From assembly GCF_038871235.1 (NCBI RefSeq), contig NZ_JAVZIN010000001.1, positions 86,508 to 150,507 on the forward strand: a stretch of 64,000 bases of DNA, written 5' to 3'. The notes beneath the pieces were generated by a model. That model ran no database searches. It was not told the origin of the DNA and was given only the letters and a program-made list of their open reading frames with translations. The DNA comes from Candidatus Hadarchaeum sp. (GTDB taxonomy: Archaea > Hadarchaeota > Hadarchaeia > Hadarchaeales > Hadarchaeaceae). Below are positions 19,309 to 28,663 of this stretch, in pieces. Position 1 is the stretch's first letter, and every line of letters starts with the position of its first letter. Made by a program: the position numbers and the translations under genes.

Positions 19309-20784
19309 ATGAACAAGGTGATGTTCACCATCATGATCCTGCTGATATTAGGAGCGTTAGGCACCAGTGTTTACTTATTTTTTATGAATCCGAGACAACT
19401 GACTCAAACGATATCCACAACAACCACCTTGACATCCCTCCCGCCAGAGTTGCCACCATCTAACACGCCGACCACAACTGGAACCATAAAGCTGGAAGTG
19501 CCTGTTTATCCCGGCGCAAACGAATTTCTGATACCAGATTGGATGAAACTCAGACTGGGGATTCCTTCAGATGCCAGCCCTGAAGGATACACCACAAGCG
19601 CAGATGCTGAAGAAGTAGTGGACTGGTACCTCCAGCACATGGGCGAATGGGAATTGGTAAAGGAGAACAGCTTTTTCCCTGACACCAAAACTGCCGTGTA
19701 TCTGCAGTACTACAGATCTGGTGACAGCGGTGTATTCATCTTTGCGGTAATGACCACTGAAATGGAAGGCACGATATTTGGCATCGTCACTGGGTCCTGG
19801 GCGGCTGTTCTGGGGTATGGTCCAGCCGCAGAAGAGCAGGCCGAAGAGGAAAAAGTATTTGGCTTTGATCCCGCTCTTCCTCCGGGAGAACTTGAATTTA
19901 CCTTTTCGCCCGTGGAAATCGACTTAATCAAGTACATCATCCCCTTGGGTAACTTGGTGCCACCAGCCCATACCCTGCCCACGGACCACATCTACTTCGT
20001 TTACGGTGGGGCCAAGAGTGATGTTTTCGCTCCGACCTCGGGAAAGGTTTTAGAGATAAGACCCAGTGGCCCGGACGACAATCAGATCATCATCGGCGTA
20101 TCCAGCAGCTTTTCCTACTATCTGGACCACGTAATAGTGGACGAAAAAATAAAAGTCGGAGACTATGTGGATGCCGGGCAAAGGCTCGGAAACTTGGCAC
20201 CGCCGACGGCGTTGGACCTAGGCGTACTCAACAAAGACTTGATAAATCCCTTTGTTAATCCGCAAAGATACAGTAGCAAAGGAATACACGGAGATAAACC
20301 TCTCCAGTACTTCGTCGAGCCAATCAAAACGCAGCTGTACTCGATGGTGGCGACCACCGGGGAGGACAAGAACGGGACCTTCTGCTCCGACGTCCCCGGA
20401 AAGCTGATCGGAAACTGGTTCTACGAAAACATCCCCCCAGAGGTCTTGAACACATCCGAGTTCGAGGAATATGCGATCGCTTTCGTTTATAGTAACTACG
20501 ATCCATCTCAAGTTATGATCTCAATCGGGAGCGAAATGGTCGGTCTGCCTCCTGCGGCTTACAAGGCCGAGGGACCACCTCCTGAAAGCGTTGCTCCTTC
20601 TTCAGGAAAGGTTGCATACAAACTATACTCGTTCCAGTGTGGATGGCCGTTTAACTACGGTGGAAGAGTGGGAATTCTCATCGTGGAGATGCTCGACGAA
20701 AACACCCTCAGGGTTGAAGCTTTTTCTGATGTGGTTTCGGAGACTAGAGAGTTCACTTCGAACGCGAAAATTTACCTCAGGTAA
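19309..20784 (+). CDS. Membrane-anchored surface protein with a peptidase M23-like domain
   Basis: N-terminal TM, Thr/Pro linker, VPVYPGA domain, then DVFAPTSGKV..YYLDHV..IKVGDYVDAGQRLG. Confidence 0.6.
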   Translation: MNKVMFTIMILLILGALGTSVYLFFMNPRQLTQTISTTTTLTSLPPELPPSNTPTTTGTIKLEVPVYPGANEFLIPDWMKLRLGIPSDASPEGYTTSADAEEVVDWYLQHMGEWELVKENSFFPDTKTAVYLQYYRSGDSGVFIFAVMTTEMEGTIFGIVTGSWAAVLGYGPAAEEQAEEEKVFGFDPALPPGELEFTFSPVEIDLIKYIIPLGNLVPPAHTLPTDHIYFVYGGAKSDVFAPTSGKVLEIRPSGPDDNQIIIGVSSSFSYYLDHVIVDEKIKVGDYVDAGQRLGNLAPPTALDLGVLNKDLINPFVNPQRYSSKGIHGDKPLQYFVEPIKTQLYSMVATTGEDKNGTFCSDVPGKLIGNWFYENIPPEVLNTSEFEEYAIAFVYSNYDPSQVMISIGSEMVGLPPAAYKAEGPPPESVAPSSGKVAYKLYSFQCGWPFNYGGRVGILIVEMLDENTLRVEAFSDVVSETREFTSNAKIYLR

Positions 20785-20861
20785 TTTCCGTTCTTGTTAT
20801 TTCGCCAAAGACCTAGGGAACCGGATGGCTGGAGATTAACTTAATTGAACATTGGCCAAGT

Positions 20862-20939
20862 TGGTGCCCCGGGCGGGATTTGAACCCGCGTCGCAGCCTC
20901 GAAAGGGCTGTATGATTGACCGGCCTACACCACCGGGGC
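20862..20939 (-). tRNA. tRNA-Glu(TTC), CCA encoded
   Basis: GCCCCGG...CAGCC-CTTTCGA-GGCTG...GTTCAAAT...CCGGGGCACCA. Confidence 0.95.
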
Positions 20940-20986
20940 CCACTATCTTTTACGCTTCAGATTATTAAACCCGATTTCATCAAAAG

Positions 20987-21691
20987 CTATTTCTCCATGA
21001 TCCTGAACTCAACATCACCCTTGAGCTGGCTGACCATCCCGCCACCCTGCGAGATCTTCCTCATCACGCTCGCGGGATCTTTCACCCTGACGCCGGCGAG
21101 CACATCCGCCCCGTAGTCAAAGAGAACCTCGGACATTGGCGTGGATGGTCCCATGATCACGGTGAACTTGCCCCGGCTCAGCTCCAGCAGCCTCTCCAGT
21201 GACTTGTTTATGATCGCCGACCCAGTGATGGCGACGATATCGGCTCTCGGTATCAGGTACTCCGCCGCGGTATCGGGGAGGTCCCCGGGTTGCGGGTTTC
21301 TCTCCAGCACCCAGACCTCCTTGGCCACCCTCTGCAAATCTTTGATATCGGGAAAGTGCCCCACCATCACTATCCTCTTGTTCCTGCCTACCTCCCTGAT
21401 GATGTCAAAGGCGTTCTTCCTCTTCCCTCTGACATCGATCAGCGAGTTCAGGGTGGCGATGCCGATGCCCGCCTCAAGGAAGTTCCAAGATTTAGCGTAG
21501 GACAGTAGCTTAGAGCACCCCAGCTTTTCCAGATTGCCGAAGCCCTCCGGAGCCGGGGTGTAAGGCCCACCGTAATTCTTCGCCAGCCCGCAGTGTTTGG
21601 TCACGACACCGATCCAGAGGTAACCGACGCGGACCTCCCTGACCTTACACTCCTTGTCCGGCAGGCTGGCGATCAGATCATCGATGAGCAT
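20987..21691 (-). CDS. DUF364 family Rossmann-like protein (putative heavy-metal chelation)
   Basis: IGIATLNS, MVGHFP, VAITGSAIINKS, MGPSTP. Confidence 0.85.
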   Translation of the reverse strand: MLIDDLIASLPDKECKVREVRVGYLWIGVVTKHCGLAKNYGGPYTPAPEGFGNLEKLGCSKLLSYAKSWNFLEAGIGIATLNSLIDVRGKRKNAFDIIREVGRNKRIVMVGHFPDIKDLQRVAKEVWVLERNPQPGDLPDTAAEYLIPRADIVAITGSAIINKSLERLLELSRGKFTVIMGPSTPMSEVLFDYGADVLAGVRVKDPASVMRKISQGGGMVSQLKGDVEFRIMEK

Positions 21692-22208
21692 CCACGTCCA
21701 CCTGAAATTTTCCCATCAAATCAACGAGCAAACGGGGCAGCTCCTCCCGGTTCTCCTCTGTGACCTCAACAACCTTGAAGTCGATGCCGTCCAGCTCACG
21801 TAGCAGCCTGTCCTTAAGAGTGTCTTGGACTACGAGGATGACATTATCATGCTGTTTGAAGGTCTCCAGTGCATTATCGAAGCCCCTTCCCATCAGCTCC
21901 AGCTTGCCGAACTCGTCAATTATCATCAGATCGCCTTTCTTTCCCAGCGCCCTCTTACCAAAATCGATTCCTTCCGGACTGAAGACAAAGTGACAGTGTG
22001 GTATCCCTCCCGGAATCTCGCGGGAACCGGTCACGGCGGCAAGAAGCTTTTTATCACCGCTGGCGATGTCCTCGACCACGAGTTCATCACCCTGCTGTGA
22101 AGTTATCGTGCCAGCACAGATGAGCCTCATCTCAGCAGCGATCTCGATGATCTTCCGGCAAATCGTTGTCTTGCCAACTCCCTTCTCTCCAGCTAAGATA
22201 ACCCTCAC
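21678..22208 (-). CDS. Nucleoside triphosphatase (THEP1/DUF2478-like)
   Basis: GEKGVGKTT, IIDEFGKLE..G.G. Confidence 0.8.
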   Translation of the reverse strand: MRVILAGEKGVGKTTICRKIIEIAAEMRLICAGTITSQQGDELVVEDIASGDKKLLAAVTGSREIPGGIPHCHFVFSPEGIDFGKRALGKKGDLMIIDEFGKLELMGRGFDNALETFKQHDNVILVVQDTLKDRLLRELDGIDFKVVEVTEENREELPRLLVDLMGKFQVDVDAHR

Positions 22209-22212
22209 CGTC

Positions 22213-23001
22213 TCACCCTGCGAAGTTCTCCGGGGCCAGCTCCGCTATCGGTCGCTTCTCCACCTTTCTAAACACCAGTTTCATGCCATATATCCCTTTC
22301 AAGACCCGTTCCGTCAGCACCTTGATCGGGTCTCCCTGAGCGATTATCCTGCCCCCGTTCAGTATCTTGACCTCATCCGCCACTAGTGAGGCCTCATTGA
22401 CATCGTGGGTGGAGAAGATCACCGTCTTTCCTGCCTTCGCCGCCTTTCTGATCGCCTGAAGCACTCGAGCCTTATTCCTAAGATCTAGGTGTACTGTGGG
22501 CTCATCGAGGATTAGCACCTGAGTTTGCTGAACTAGGGCCCGAGCGATGAAGATTAACCTCTTCTCGCCGCCGCTCAGGTCGGTCGTCTTTCGGCAGCTA
22601 AGTTCCGAAATTCCCAGCTCAGCAAGGGTGCGCCTGAGTATCCGCTCGTCCTCACCCGTCGGCACGTCGAAGAAGCCGAGGTGCGGTGCCCGGCCCAGCA
22701 TGAGATATTCGTGCACCGTGTAGGGAAACAGCGGCTCCTCCTCCTGTGGCACCCAGGCCACGATTTTGCTCAGCTCAGACAAACTCAACTGGTTTAGCTC
22801 TCTTCCGTTGAGATGGATGCTGCCCGCGGTCGGGGTCAGCACCTTGAGGATTAACTTGAAAAGCGTTGTCTTTCCGGAGGCGTTGGGTCCGAGCAAAGCG
22901 GTGACTCTGCCTCCAGAGAAGACCGTAGAAACTCCTCTCAGAACATCCTCGCTTTGTCCCGAATATCGGAACCTCACTCCCTTGGTCTCTATCTTTGTCA
23001 T
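22213..23001 (-). CDS. Iron-chelate/cobalamin ABC transporter ATPase
   Basis: GPNASGKTT, VPQ, LSGGE, LDEPT, STHD. Confidence 0.9.
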   Translation of the reverse strand: MTKIETKGVRFRYSGQSEDVLRGVSTVFSGGRVTALLGPNASGKTTLFKLILKVLTPTAGSIHLNGRELNQLSLSELSKIVAWVPQEEEPLFPYTVHEYLMLGRAPHLGFFDVPTGEDERILRRTLAELGISELSCRKTTDLSGGEKRLIFIARALVQQTQVLILDEPTVHLDLRNKARVLQAIRKAAKAGKTVIFSTHDVNEASLVADEVKILNGGRIIAQGDPIKVLTERVLKGIYGMKLVFRKVEKRPIAELAPENFAG

Positions 23002-23972
23002 CAGCTTTCACCCCCTCTTGAAAGCAGCAGGAGAAAGACCGGCGCTCCGCAAAGCGATGTGATTATGCCCAGTGGAATTTCACCGGCGGTAATGGCTCTG
23101 GCGATGGTGTCAAAGACAATCATGAGCGTGGCGCCCAAGATCAGAGAAGCCGGGACAATCCGGCTGTTATCGGCGCCGAATATTTTCCGAGACATGTGTG
23201 GTACGATCAGGCCCACCCAAGCGATAACTCCGGCCACCGAGGTGACCGCCGCAGCGGCCAGTACGGCAAAAACAACCACCACGGCGCGTAGCTTCCCCGG
23301 ATCGGAACCCAGTGAAAAGGTGACGTCATCCCTCAAGGTGAGCAGATTAATCCTCCAGCGAATTATCAGAAGCCCTGTAATTCCACAAAGAGTCAGCGGT
23401 AGCATGTAAATCAGGTCATTCCACCGCACCCCGGAGAGACCACCCAGCAGCCAGAAGGTCAGTGCCGGAAGCTGGTTCAGCGGATCGGCCATGGTCTTGA
23501 TAACCCCGACCCCGCCGGAAAACATCGCCGAGACCGCAATCCCAGCCAGAACCAGCCTGAGGATTTTTCCACCGTATTTTATTGACGAAGACAGCGTGTA
23601 GGCGACCAGAAGCGCCAGCAACCCGAACACGGTTGACGACGCCTCGATGACGAACGGCGAGTTTACCAAAAACAGGATGGCCAGCGCCGCACCGAAGGCC
23701 GAACCCTGGCTCACGCCAAGCAGGCTTGGCTCCACCAGCGGATTTTTAAACGCCGACTGCAAAGCCGCGCCCGCCGCCGAGAGCGCCATTCCCAGCAGAA
23801 CCGCGGCGAGTATTCTCGGCAATCTAATGTTGAAAATTATTTCCGCGCCCAAGCCACTAGAGATCAAATCCCGAATATCCGCTGCGTATCTGCCCGCGAA
23901 TAGGGAAACAAAGAAAACCGCCAGCAAAACGACCGTTATCGCCAGAAAGCGGAAGTGGTGCCTCATGTCCAT
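23001..23972 (-). CDS. FecCD/BtuC family ABC permease
   Basis: IRLPR, QSAFKNPL.EP..LGVS.G, WVGLIVPH, EIPLG. Confidence 0.92.
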   Translation of the reverse strand: MDMRHHFRFLAITVVLLAVFFVSLFAGRYAADIRDLISSGLGAEIIFNIRLPRILAAVLLGMALSAAGAALQSAFKNPLVEPSLLGVSQGSAFGAALAILFLVNSPFVIEASSTVFGLLALLVAYTLSSSIKYGGKILRLVLAGIAVSAMFSGGVGVIKTMADPLNQLPALTFWLLGGLSGVRWNDLIYMLPLTLCGITGLLIIRWRINLLTLRDDVTFSLGSDPGKLRAVVVVFAVLAAAAVTSVAGVIAWVGLIVPHMSRKIFGADNSRIVPASLILGATLMIVFDTIARAITAGEIPLGIITSLCGAPVFLLLLSRGGES

Positions 23973-23974
23973 CT

Positions 23975-25096
23975 CTACAAATCCCCGGTGATCTGCTGCA
24001 TGATCTCACCGGCCCCTACCTCATCGAGACCATACATTTCCCTGTAGAACTGCCTCACCTCAGCCGTCAGATCCAGCTCCGTGAAGATGGTAGGCTGGAT
24101 TTTCTTGGCCATCCAAAGCTGTCCCAGTATCCACCGGGAGTTTGGAGTATCCCAGCTTCCAATCGCGATCAAATGGGAATCATCCGGTACCGCATAAACC
24201 CGGCCCTCCTTAACCGCGGCCACATCTCTCCAGAGTGGATCATGGAGGATGTTTTCCTTGACGCTGGCTGGAGAAGGATTATCAGAATAGGTAACGATGA
24301 AGATGATCTCCGGATTCCACTGTGCAATCTGTTCGAATGACACTGTGTTCCATCCCCCGCCGCCGAGTTCTTTGGACAGCGGGTAACCTCCGGCCACTTC
24401 AATCATCATTGTCTGCAGCCAGCGAGATCCCGGCGCGTTGAACGAGATGGTTCCTCCCTTGACGCTGTAAAATAGGAAGAGAGTTCGAGGTCTATTCGAC
24501 AGCGGTAAGGAGGAGGTCTTGGAGAGAACGTAGCGGTATTTCTCCTCATAGTAGCCAGCGATTTTGTTGGCTCGAGGCTCTTCACCAAACAACTTCCCCA
24601 TCAGCCTGACATCGCGGAGATAGCTGTCGATGTTCTCCAGATCAACATAGACCACGCTGATGCCGAGGGACTCTAGGGACTCAGCGACCTGGAGTTTTAC
24701 CACCGTCTTGAATATCACCAGATCAGGGTTCAGCTTGGCCAGCTCCTCGACGTTAGGGGCATCAGAGCCGGCGCCCAGATCACTGCTCACCGTCTTGGCG
24801 TCAATTGATGGATCGACCGCACGGAAAAGCGGCACGCTGGCGGTCCGCTGGTCCAGTCCATACAACACACTTCTGGCACTGGAAAACATGTAGGCCACGC
24901 TGGTGATGGGAAAGGCGCTCTTGCCGGTGATGATGACACGATCAACGGGAAGCTCGACCTGAACCGTCCTGCCGAGAGCATCGACAACGGAAATTGGCCC
25001 CGTTAACGGGGGATAGGATGTCTGTCCGATAACCAGATAGGCGGCCACCACCACGACCAGTATCAGGACAATCGGAGAGATAAGATTCTTTTTCAT
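23975..25096 (-). CDS. Iron-chelate/cobalamin ABC substrate-binding protein
   Basis: N-terminal TM, D.LGR.V, NVEELAKLNPDLV, VSFEQIAQWNPE, AVKEGRVY. Confidence 0.9.
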   Translation of the reverse strand: MKKNLISPIVLILVVVVAAYLVIGQTSYPPLTGPISVVDALGRTVQVELPVDRVIITGKSAFPITSVAYMFSSARSVLYGLDQRTASVPLFRAVDPSIDAKTVSSDLGAGSDAPNVEELAKLNPDLVIFKTVVKLQVAESLESLGISVVYVDLENIDSYLRDVRLMGKLFGEEPRANKIAGYYEEKYRYVLSKTSSLPLSNRPRTLFLFYSVKGGTISFNAPGSRWLQTMMIEVAGGYPLSKELGGGGWNTVSFEQIAQWNPEIIFIVTYSDNPSPASVKENILHDPLWRDVAAVKEGRVYAVPDDSHLIAIGSWDTPNSRWILGQLWMAKKIQPTIFTELDLTAEVRQFYREMYGLDEVGAGEIMQQITGDL

Positions 25097-25209
25097 TCCC
25101 TTACACCAAGTTCCTTAATTTTCAAACACTACTTTTTGTTAAACAATAATAGTATAAAAAAAGATATGTTAATTAAAAAAGGTTTACAGCTGGAGCACTC
25201 AAAATCAGA

Positions 25210-25322
25210 TGGTGGGCCCGGAGGGCTTCGAACCCTCGACCACCCGGTTTCCCCGGTCAACCTATGAGCCTCGCCCAACTTCTTCAGTTGTCGGGCGCTC
25301 CACCAGGCTGAGCTACGGGCCC
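25210..25322 (-). tRNA. tRNA-Ile(CAT) (Ile2 type) with two introns: 22 nt at 30/31 (25270-25291) and 14 nt at 37/38 (25249-25262)
   Basis: Removing both introns gives a 77-nt cloverleaf GGGCCCG...CCCGG-CTCATAA-CCGGG...CGGGCCCACCA; Ile2 rather than Met is inferred from the acceptor sequence. Confidence 0.88.
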
Positions 25323-25466
25323 ACAAAAAGCCATATGCAATCACTGCTAAAAAAAGTTTGCAAATCTCTAGCCCTGCTGAAAAAGTAGTCGTACCTGTTA
25401 TGTAGCCATACTACATATTTATAGACATCGCCACATAGGTTGATGGTAAAAAGCCTGGTGGGCCGG

Positions 25467-26153
25467 ATGAAAGAAGTGGTCAAGGTTGATGAGGTAACCA
25501 AGATCTACCGCATGGGTGAGGTTGACCTGCGGGCGCTGGACGGAGTGAGCTTAAAGATCATGCCCTCAGAAAATCTATCGATAATCGGTCCCTCGGGATC
25601 GGGAAAGTCCACCCTGCTGCACCTGATGGGCTGCCTGGACAGGCCGACCAGTGGCAGGATCTACATCGACGGTGTTGACACCTCGCAGCTCAATGGCACT
25701 AAGCTGGCCGAGATCAGAAGACACAAAATTGGCTTCGTCTTCCAGTTCTTTTACCTCATCCCGACGCTGAACGCCTTGGAAAATGTGGAACTGCCCATGA
25801 TGTTCGCGGGTGTGAATGAAAGCGAGAGAAAAAAACGCGCCGCCGAGCTTCTGGAGCTGGTAAACCTGAAGGATCGGATGAAACACCGGCCCTCCGAGCT
25901 GAGCGGAGGCGAGAGGCAGAGAGTGGCCATAGCCAGAGCCTTGGCAAATAACCCCAAGATCGTGCTTGCCGACGAGCCCACCGGCAACCTCGACTCCCGT
26001 TCGGGCAGAGAAATCATTGACCTATTAAGAAGGTTGAACGAGGAGAAGGGGGTAACGCTGGTGATCGTGACCCATGATCCTTATATTGCCAGCACTATGA
26101 AGAGAACAATATATTTAAAGGATGGTCGAATCGTAAAGGAGGAGAGGAGATAA
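25467..26153 (+). CDS. LolD/MacB-type ABC ATPase
   Basis: GPSGSGKST, IGFVFQ, LSGGERQRVAIARAL, LADEPTGNLD. Confidence 0.93.
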   Translation: MKEVVKVDEVTKIYRMGEVDLRALDGVSLKIMPSENLSIIGPSGSGKSTLLHLMGCLDRPTSGRIYIDGVDTSQLNGTKLAEIRRHKIGFVFQFFYLIPTLNALENVELPMMFAGVNESERKKRAAELLELVNLKDRMKHRPSELSGGERQRVAIARALANNPKIVLADEPTGNLDSRSGREIIDLLRRLNEEKGVTLVIVTHDPYIASTMKRTIYLKDGRIVKEERR

Positions 26154-26155
26154 TT

Positions 26156-27361
26156 ATGAAAAAAGCGATGTTGATGCTAACGGTCTCAGCTCTGGTCGCT
26201 CTGGCCATCATAGGGGGCGCGGGGTCGGCCTCGGCAGCTGATGGTTCGCTCAACTTGGGCTGGTCACTGCTCGATAACTACATCAGGCCGGGCGGAGAAA
26301 CCACCCTGATAATTTCCATTCAGAACGCCACGACCTCAAAAATTTACCACGTGGAAATCAGCTTTAAAACCGGGGATGAGCTTTCGCTTGACCCCTCCGA
26401 TTTTTACCTCTATAGCATTTCTCCGATGACTTCCCAGCTGACCTCGTTCAAGATCAAGGCAGGCGAAAATGCACCGCCCAAGGTCACCTATGTGGAAATC
26501 ACGGCAAAATATCACGTCGGCAACGTCAGCGCCGAGGAAAACGAGCTCAAAATCTGGGTACCTGTAGTCATCAGGTCCGCACCGCTGCTGAAGATAGAGA
26601 AGATCGCGTTCGACAAAGATCCAGTCAGCCCAGGCAGTGTTGTAACCGTTTCCTTTGAGGTGAAGAACTATGGTGATGGTCCAGCCAAGGATCTCATAGT
26701 TTCGCTGGACCAAGCTGCGGGTACTTTTGTCTCTGATCTGAACGAAAAATACGTGGGGGGGGTGCCGGTAAACGGCTCAGCAAAAATCTCCTTCAGGCTG
26801 AACATCAACCAGAACCTGAGCGCGGGAGTCTACTCGATCCCAATACTTTTGAGTTACTTGGATGAGACCAAGACACAGATTTTCACCGGCCGAGAATTTG
26901 CCGGGCTGAGGGTCTACGGCAGCATCAACCTGATAACCACGCTGAACTCACAGGACATGGTGGCGGCCGGTACCAGTGGCTCCATGGAAATAAAGATCGC
27001 CAACGCCGGGACGATGGAGGCTCAGTTCCTGCAGCTGAACTTTATCGGCTCCTCGGTCTTGGAAGATGTTTCGCCCACTAGCATCTATATCGGGCGCCTG
27101 AAATCCGACGACTACGACACCGAAAAAATATCCTTCCGGGTCAGCGGAAACGCGACCAAGGGGGTCTATCCTGTGAAGCTGGAGTTGGTCTACCAAGACC
27201 CGTTTGGCAAGGAGTTCACCGAGGCCGAAACGGTGTACCTAACGGTGTTGTCTCAGGAGGACCTTAATAAAAATGTTGAAATTCCCCTCTGGCAGCTGGC
27301 CATCATTGGTCTAATTATTGTCATCGTCGTCTACTCTTTCTGGCGTAAGAGGAGAAAATGA
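26156..27361 (+). CDS. COG1361-like S-layer-domain protein with signal peptide and C-terminal TM
   Basis: Signal peptide, repeated PG...I.N.G beta-sandwich domains, TM followed by WRKRRK. Confidence 0.8.
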   Translation: MKKAMLMLTVSALVALAIIGGAGSASAADGSLNLGWSLLDNYIRPGGETTLIISIQNATTSKIYHVEISFKTGDELSLDPSDFYLYSISPMTSQLTSFKIKAGENAPPKVTYVEITAKYHVGNVSAEENELKIWVPVVIRSAPLLKIEKIAFDKDPVSPGSVVTVSFEVKNYGDGPAKDLIVSLDQAAGTFVSDLNEKYVGGVPVNGSAKISFRLNINQNLSAGVYSIPILLSYLDETKTQIFTGREFAGLRVYGSINLITTLNSQDMVAAGTSGSMEIKIANAGTMEAQFLQLNFIGSSVLEDVSPTSIYIGRLKSDDYDTEKISFRVSGNATKGVYPVKLELVYQDPFGKEFTEAETVYLTVLSQEDLNKNVEIPLWQLAIIGLIIVIVVYSFWRKRRK

Positions 27362-27364
27362 TGT

Positions 27365-28603
27365 ATGCTGAAGGGTTCCTTTATCCTGATCTTCAGGAAC
27401 TTGACGCAGCGGAAGCTGAGGAGTTCCCTGACGACGCTGGGCGTCATCATCGGAATAGCGGCGATTGTCGGCATGGTCTCGGCCACTCAGGGAATCAGCA
27501 ATTCCATCGGTGAACAGCTGGAAAAGCTACAGGGGAACAGAATCCTTATCACCTCGAGTAGCCGGGGTGGACTGTTCTCCCCCGGCACCGCCGGAGGATT
27601 GACGGAAAAGGATGTTGAAATTATTCAGAGGATCAACGGGGTCAGTGTCGCCTACGGCCAGCTTCAGACCTCGGCCCTCGTCATTTACGGGGGCGAAGGG
27701 CAGGGTCTGACCATCGTCGGGCTCTCGCCCAGCGATTTTGAAAGGCTGGACACCCTTGGCGTGGAGGTGGGGCGGTATCTCAAGGACTCCGATCGCTACG
27801 CCACCGTCATCGGCAATTCCGTGGCCTACGAAAAGTTCCAGAAGGAGGTTGGCCTGAGGAAGAAGCTGGTAATCAAGGACACCGAGTTTCAAGTCGTCGG
27901 CATCATGAACAAGGCTGGCGGCGCCCTGATGACCACCGACTCCACCGTTTATCTCCCCAAAGAGGCGATGAGGGAGGTATTCAACTTGCCCGAGGACCGT
28001 GTGGACTCAATTGTCGTGGGGGTAAAATCAGACGCGAACATCAACGAAGTGGCGGAGAGGATCTCCGAGGCCCTGCGCCGCTCCCACCGAGTCACCAAGA
28101 ACAACGAAGACTTTACCGTGATAACGCCCGACTACGTCAAGAACATCGTGGGGCAGATAACCGGGCTGCTGTCCATCCTGCTGGGCGGCATCGCCGGCAT
28201 CTCCCTGATCGTGGGGACCATCGGCATCACCAACATCATGTTTGTCACCGTCTCCGAGAGGACGCGGGAAATTGGCGTGATGAAAGCGCTGGGATCGACC
28301 AACCGCGATATCCTGATGCTGTTCGTCTTGGAGTCCGGCATCATCAGCCTCATCGGTGGCGTCATCGGTGTGTTTGTAGGGCTAGGGCTTGGGGAGGGTC
28401 TGATATTCCTCTCCCGCATGGCCATCAGCGGCACCACCATTGCCAACGGTGGTTTGAGTTCACTTCGTGCCAGTATAGCCATCATTCCAGAACTCATTGC
28501 CGGTGCCATTGCCCTTTCCTTCTTCGTGGGTGTTATCGCAGGATTTCTACCGGCCAGAAAGGCGGCCAACCTGAACCCCATCGAGGCCCTCCGCTACGAG
28601 TGA
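27365..28603 (+). CDS. MacB/FtsX-like ABC permease
   Basis: RS.LT.LG.IIG, GITNIM..V.ERTREIG, PARKAANLNPIEALRYE. Confidence 0.93.
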   Translation: MLKGSFILIFRNLTQRKLRSSLTTLGVIIGIAAIVGMVSATQGISNSIGEQLEKLQGNRILITSSSRGGLFSPGTAGGLTEKDVEIIQRINGVSVAYGQLQTSALVIYGGEGQGLTIVGLSPSDFERLDTLGVEVGRYLKDSDRYATVIGNSVAYEKFQKEVGLRKKLVIKDTEFQVVGIMNKAGGALMTTDSTVYLPKEAMREVFNLPEDRVDSIVVGVKSDANINEVAERISEALRRSHRVTKNNEDFTVITPDYVKNIVGQITGLLSILLGGIAGISLIVGTIGITNIMFVTVSERTREIGVMKALGSTNRDILMLFVLESGIISLIGGVIGVFVGLGLGEGLIFLSRMAISGTTIANGGLSSLRASIAIIPELIAGAIALSFFVGVIAGFLPARKAANLNPIEALRYE

Positions 28604-28663
28604 ACCTTTATGCCGCTGGCTCAAAGTTATTAGTTAAAAAATCTAACTGAGCGTGGTGCTGGC

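Noticed and set aside
25129-25344. 71-aa ORF on the minus strand
   Set aside because: It overlaps the intron-containing tRNA-Ile and is spurious.
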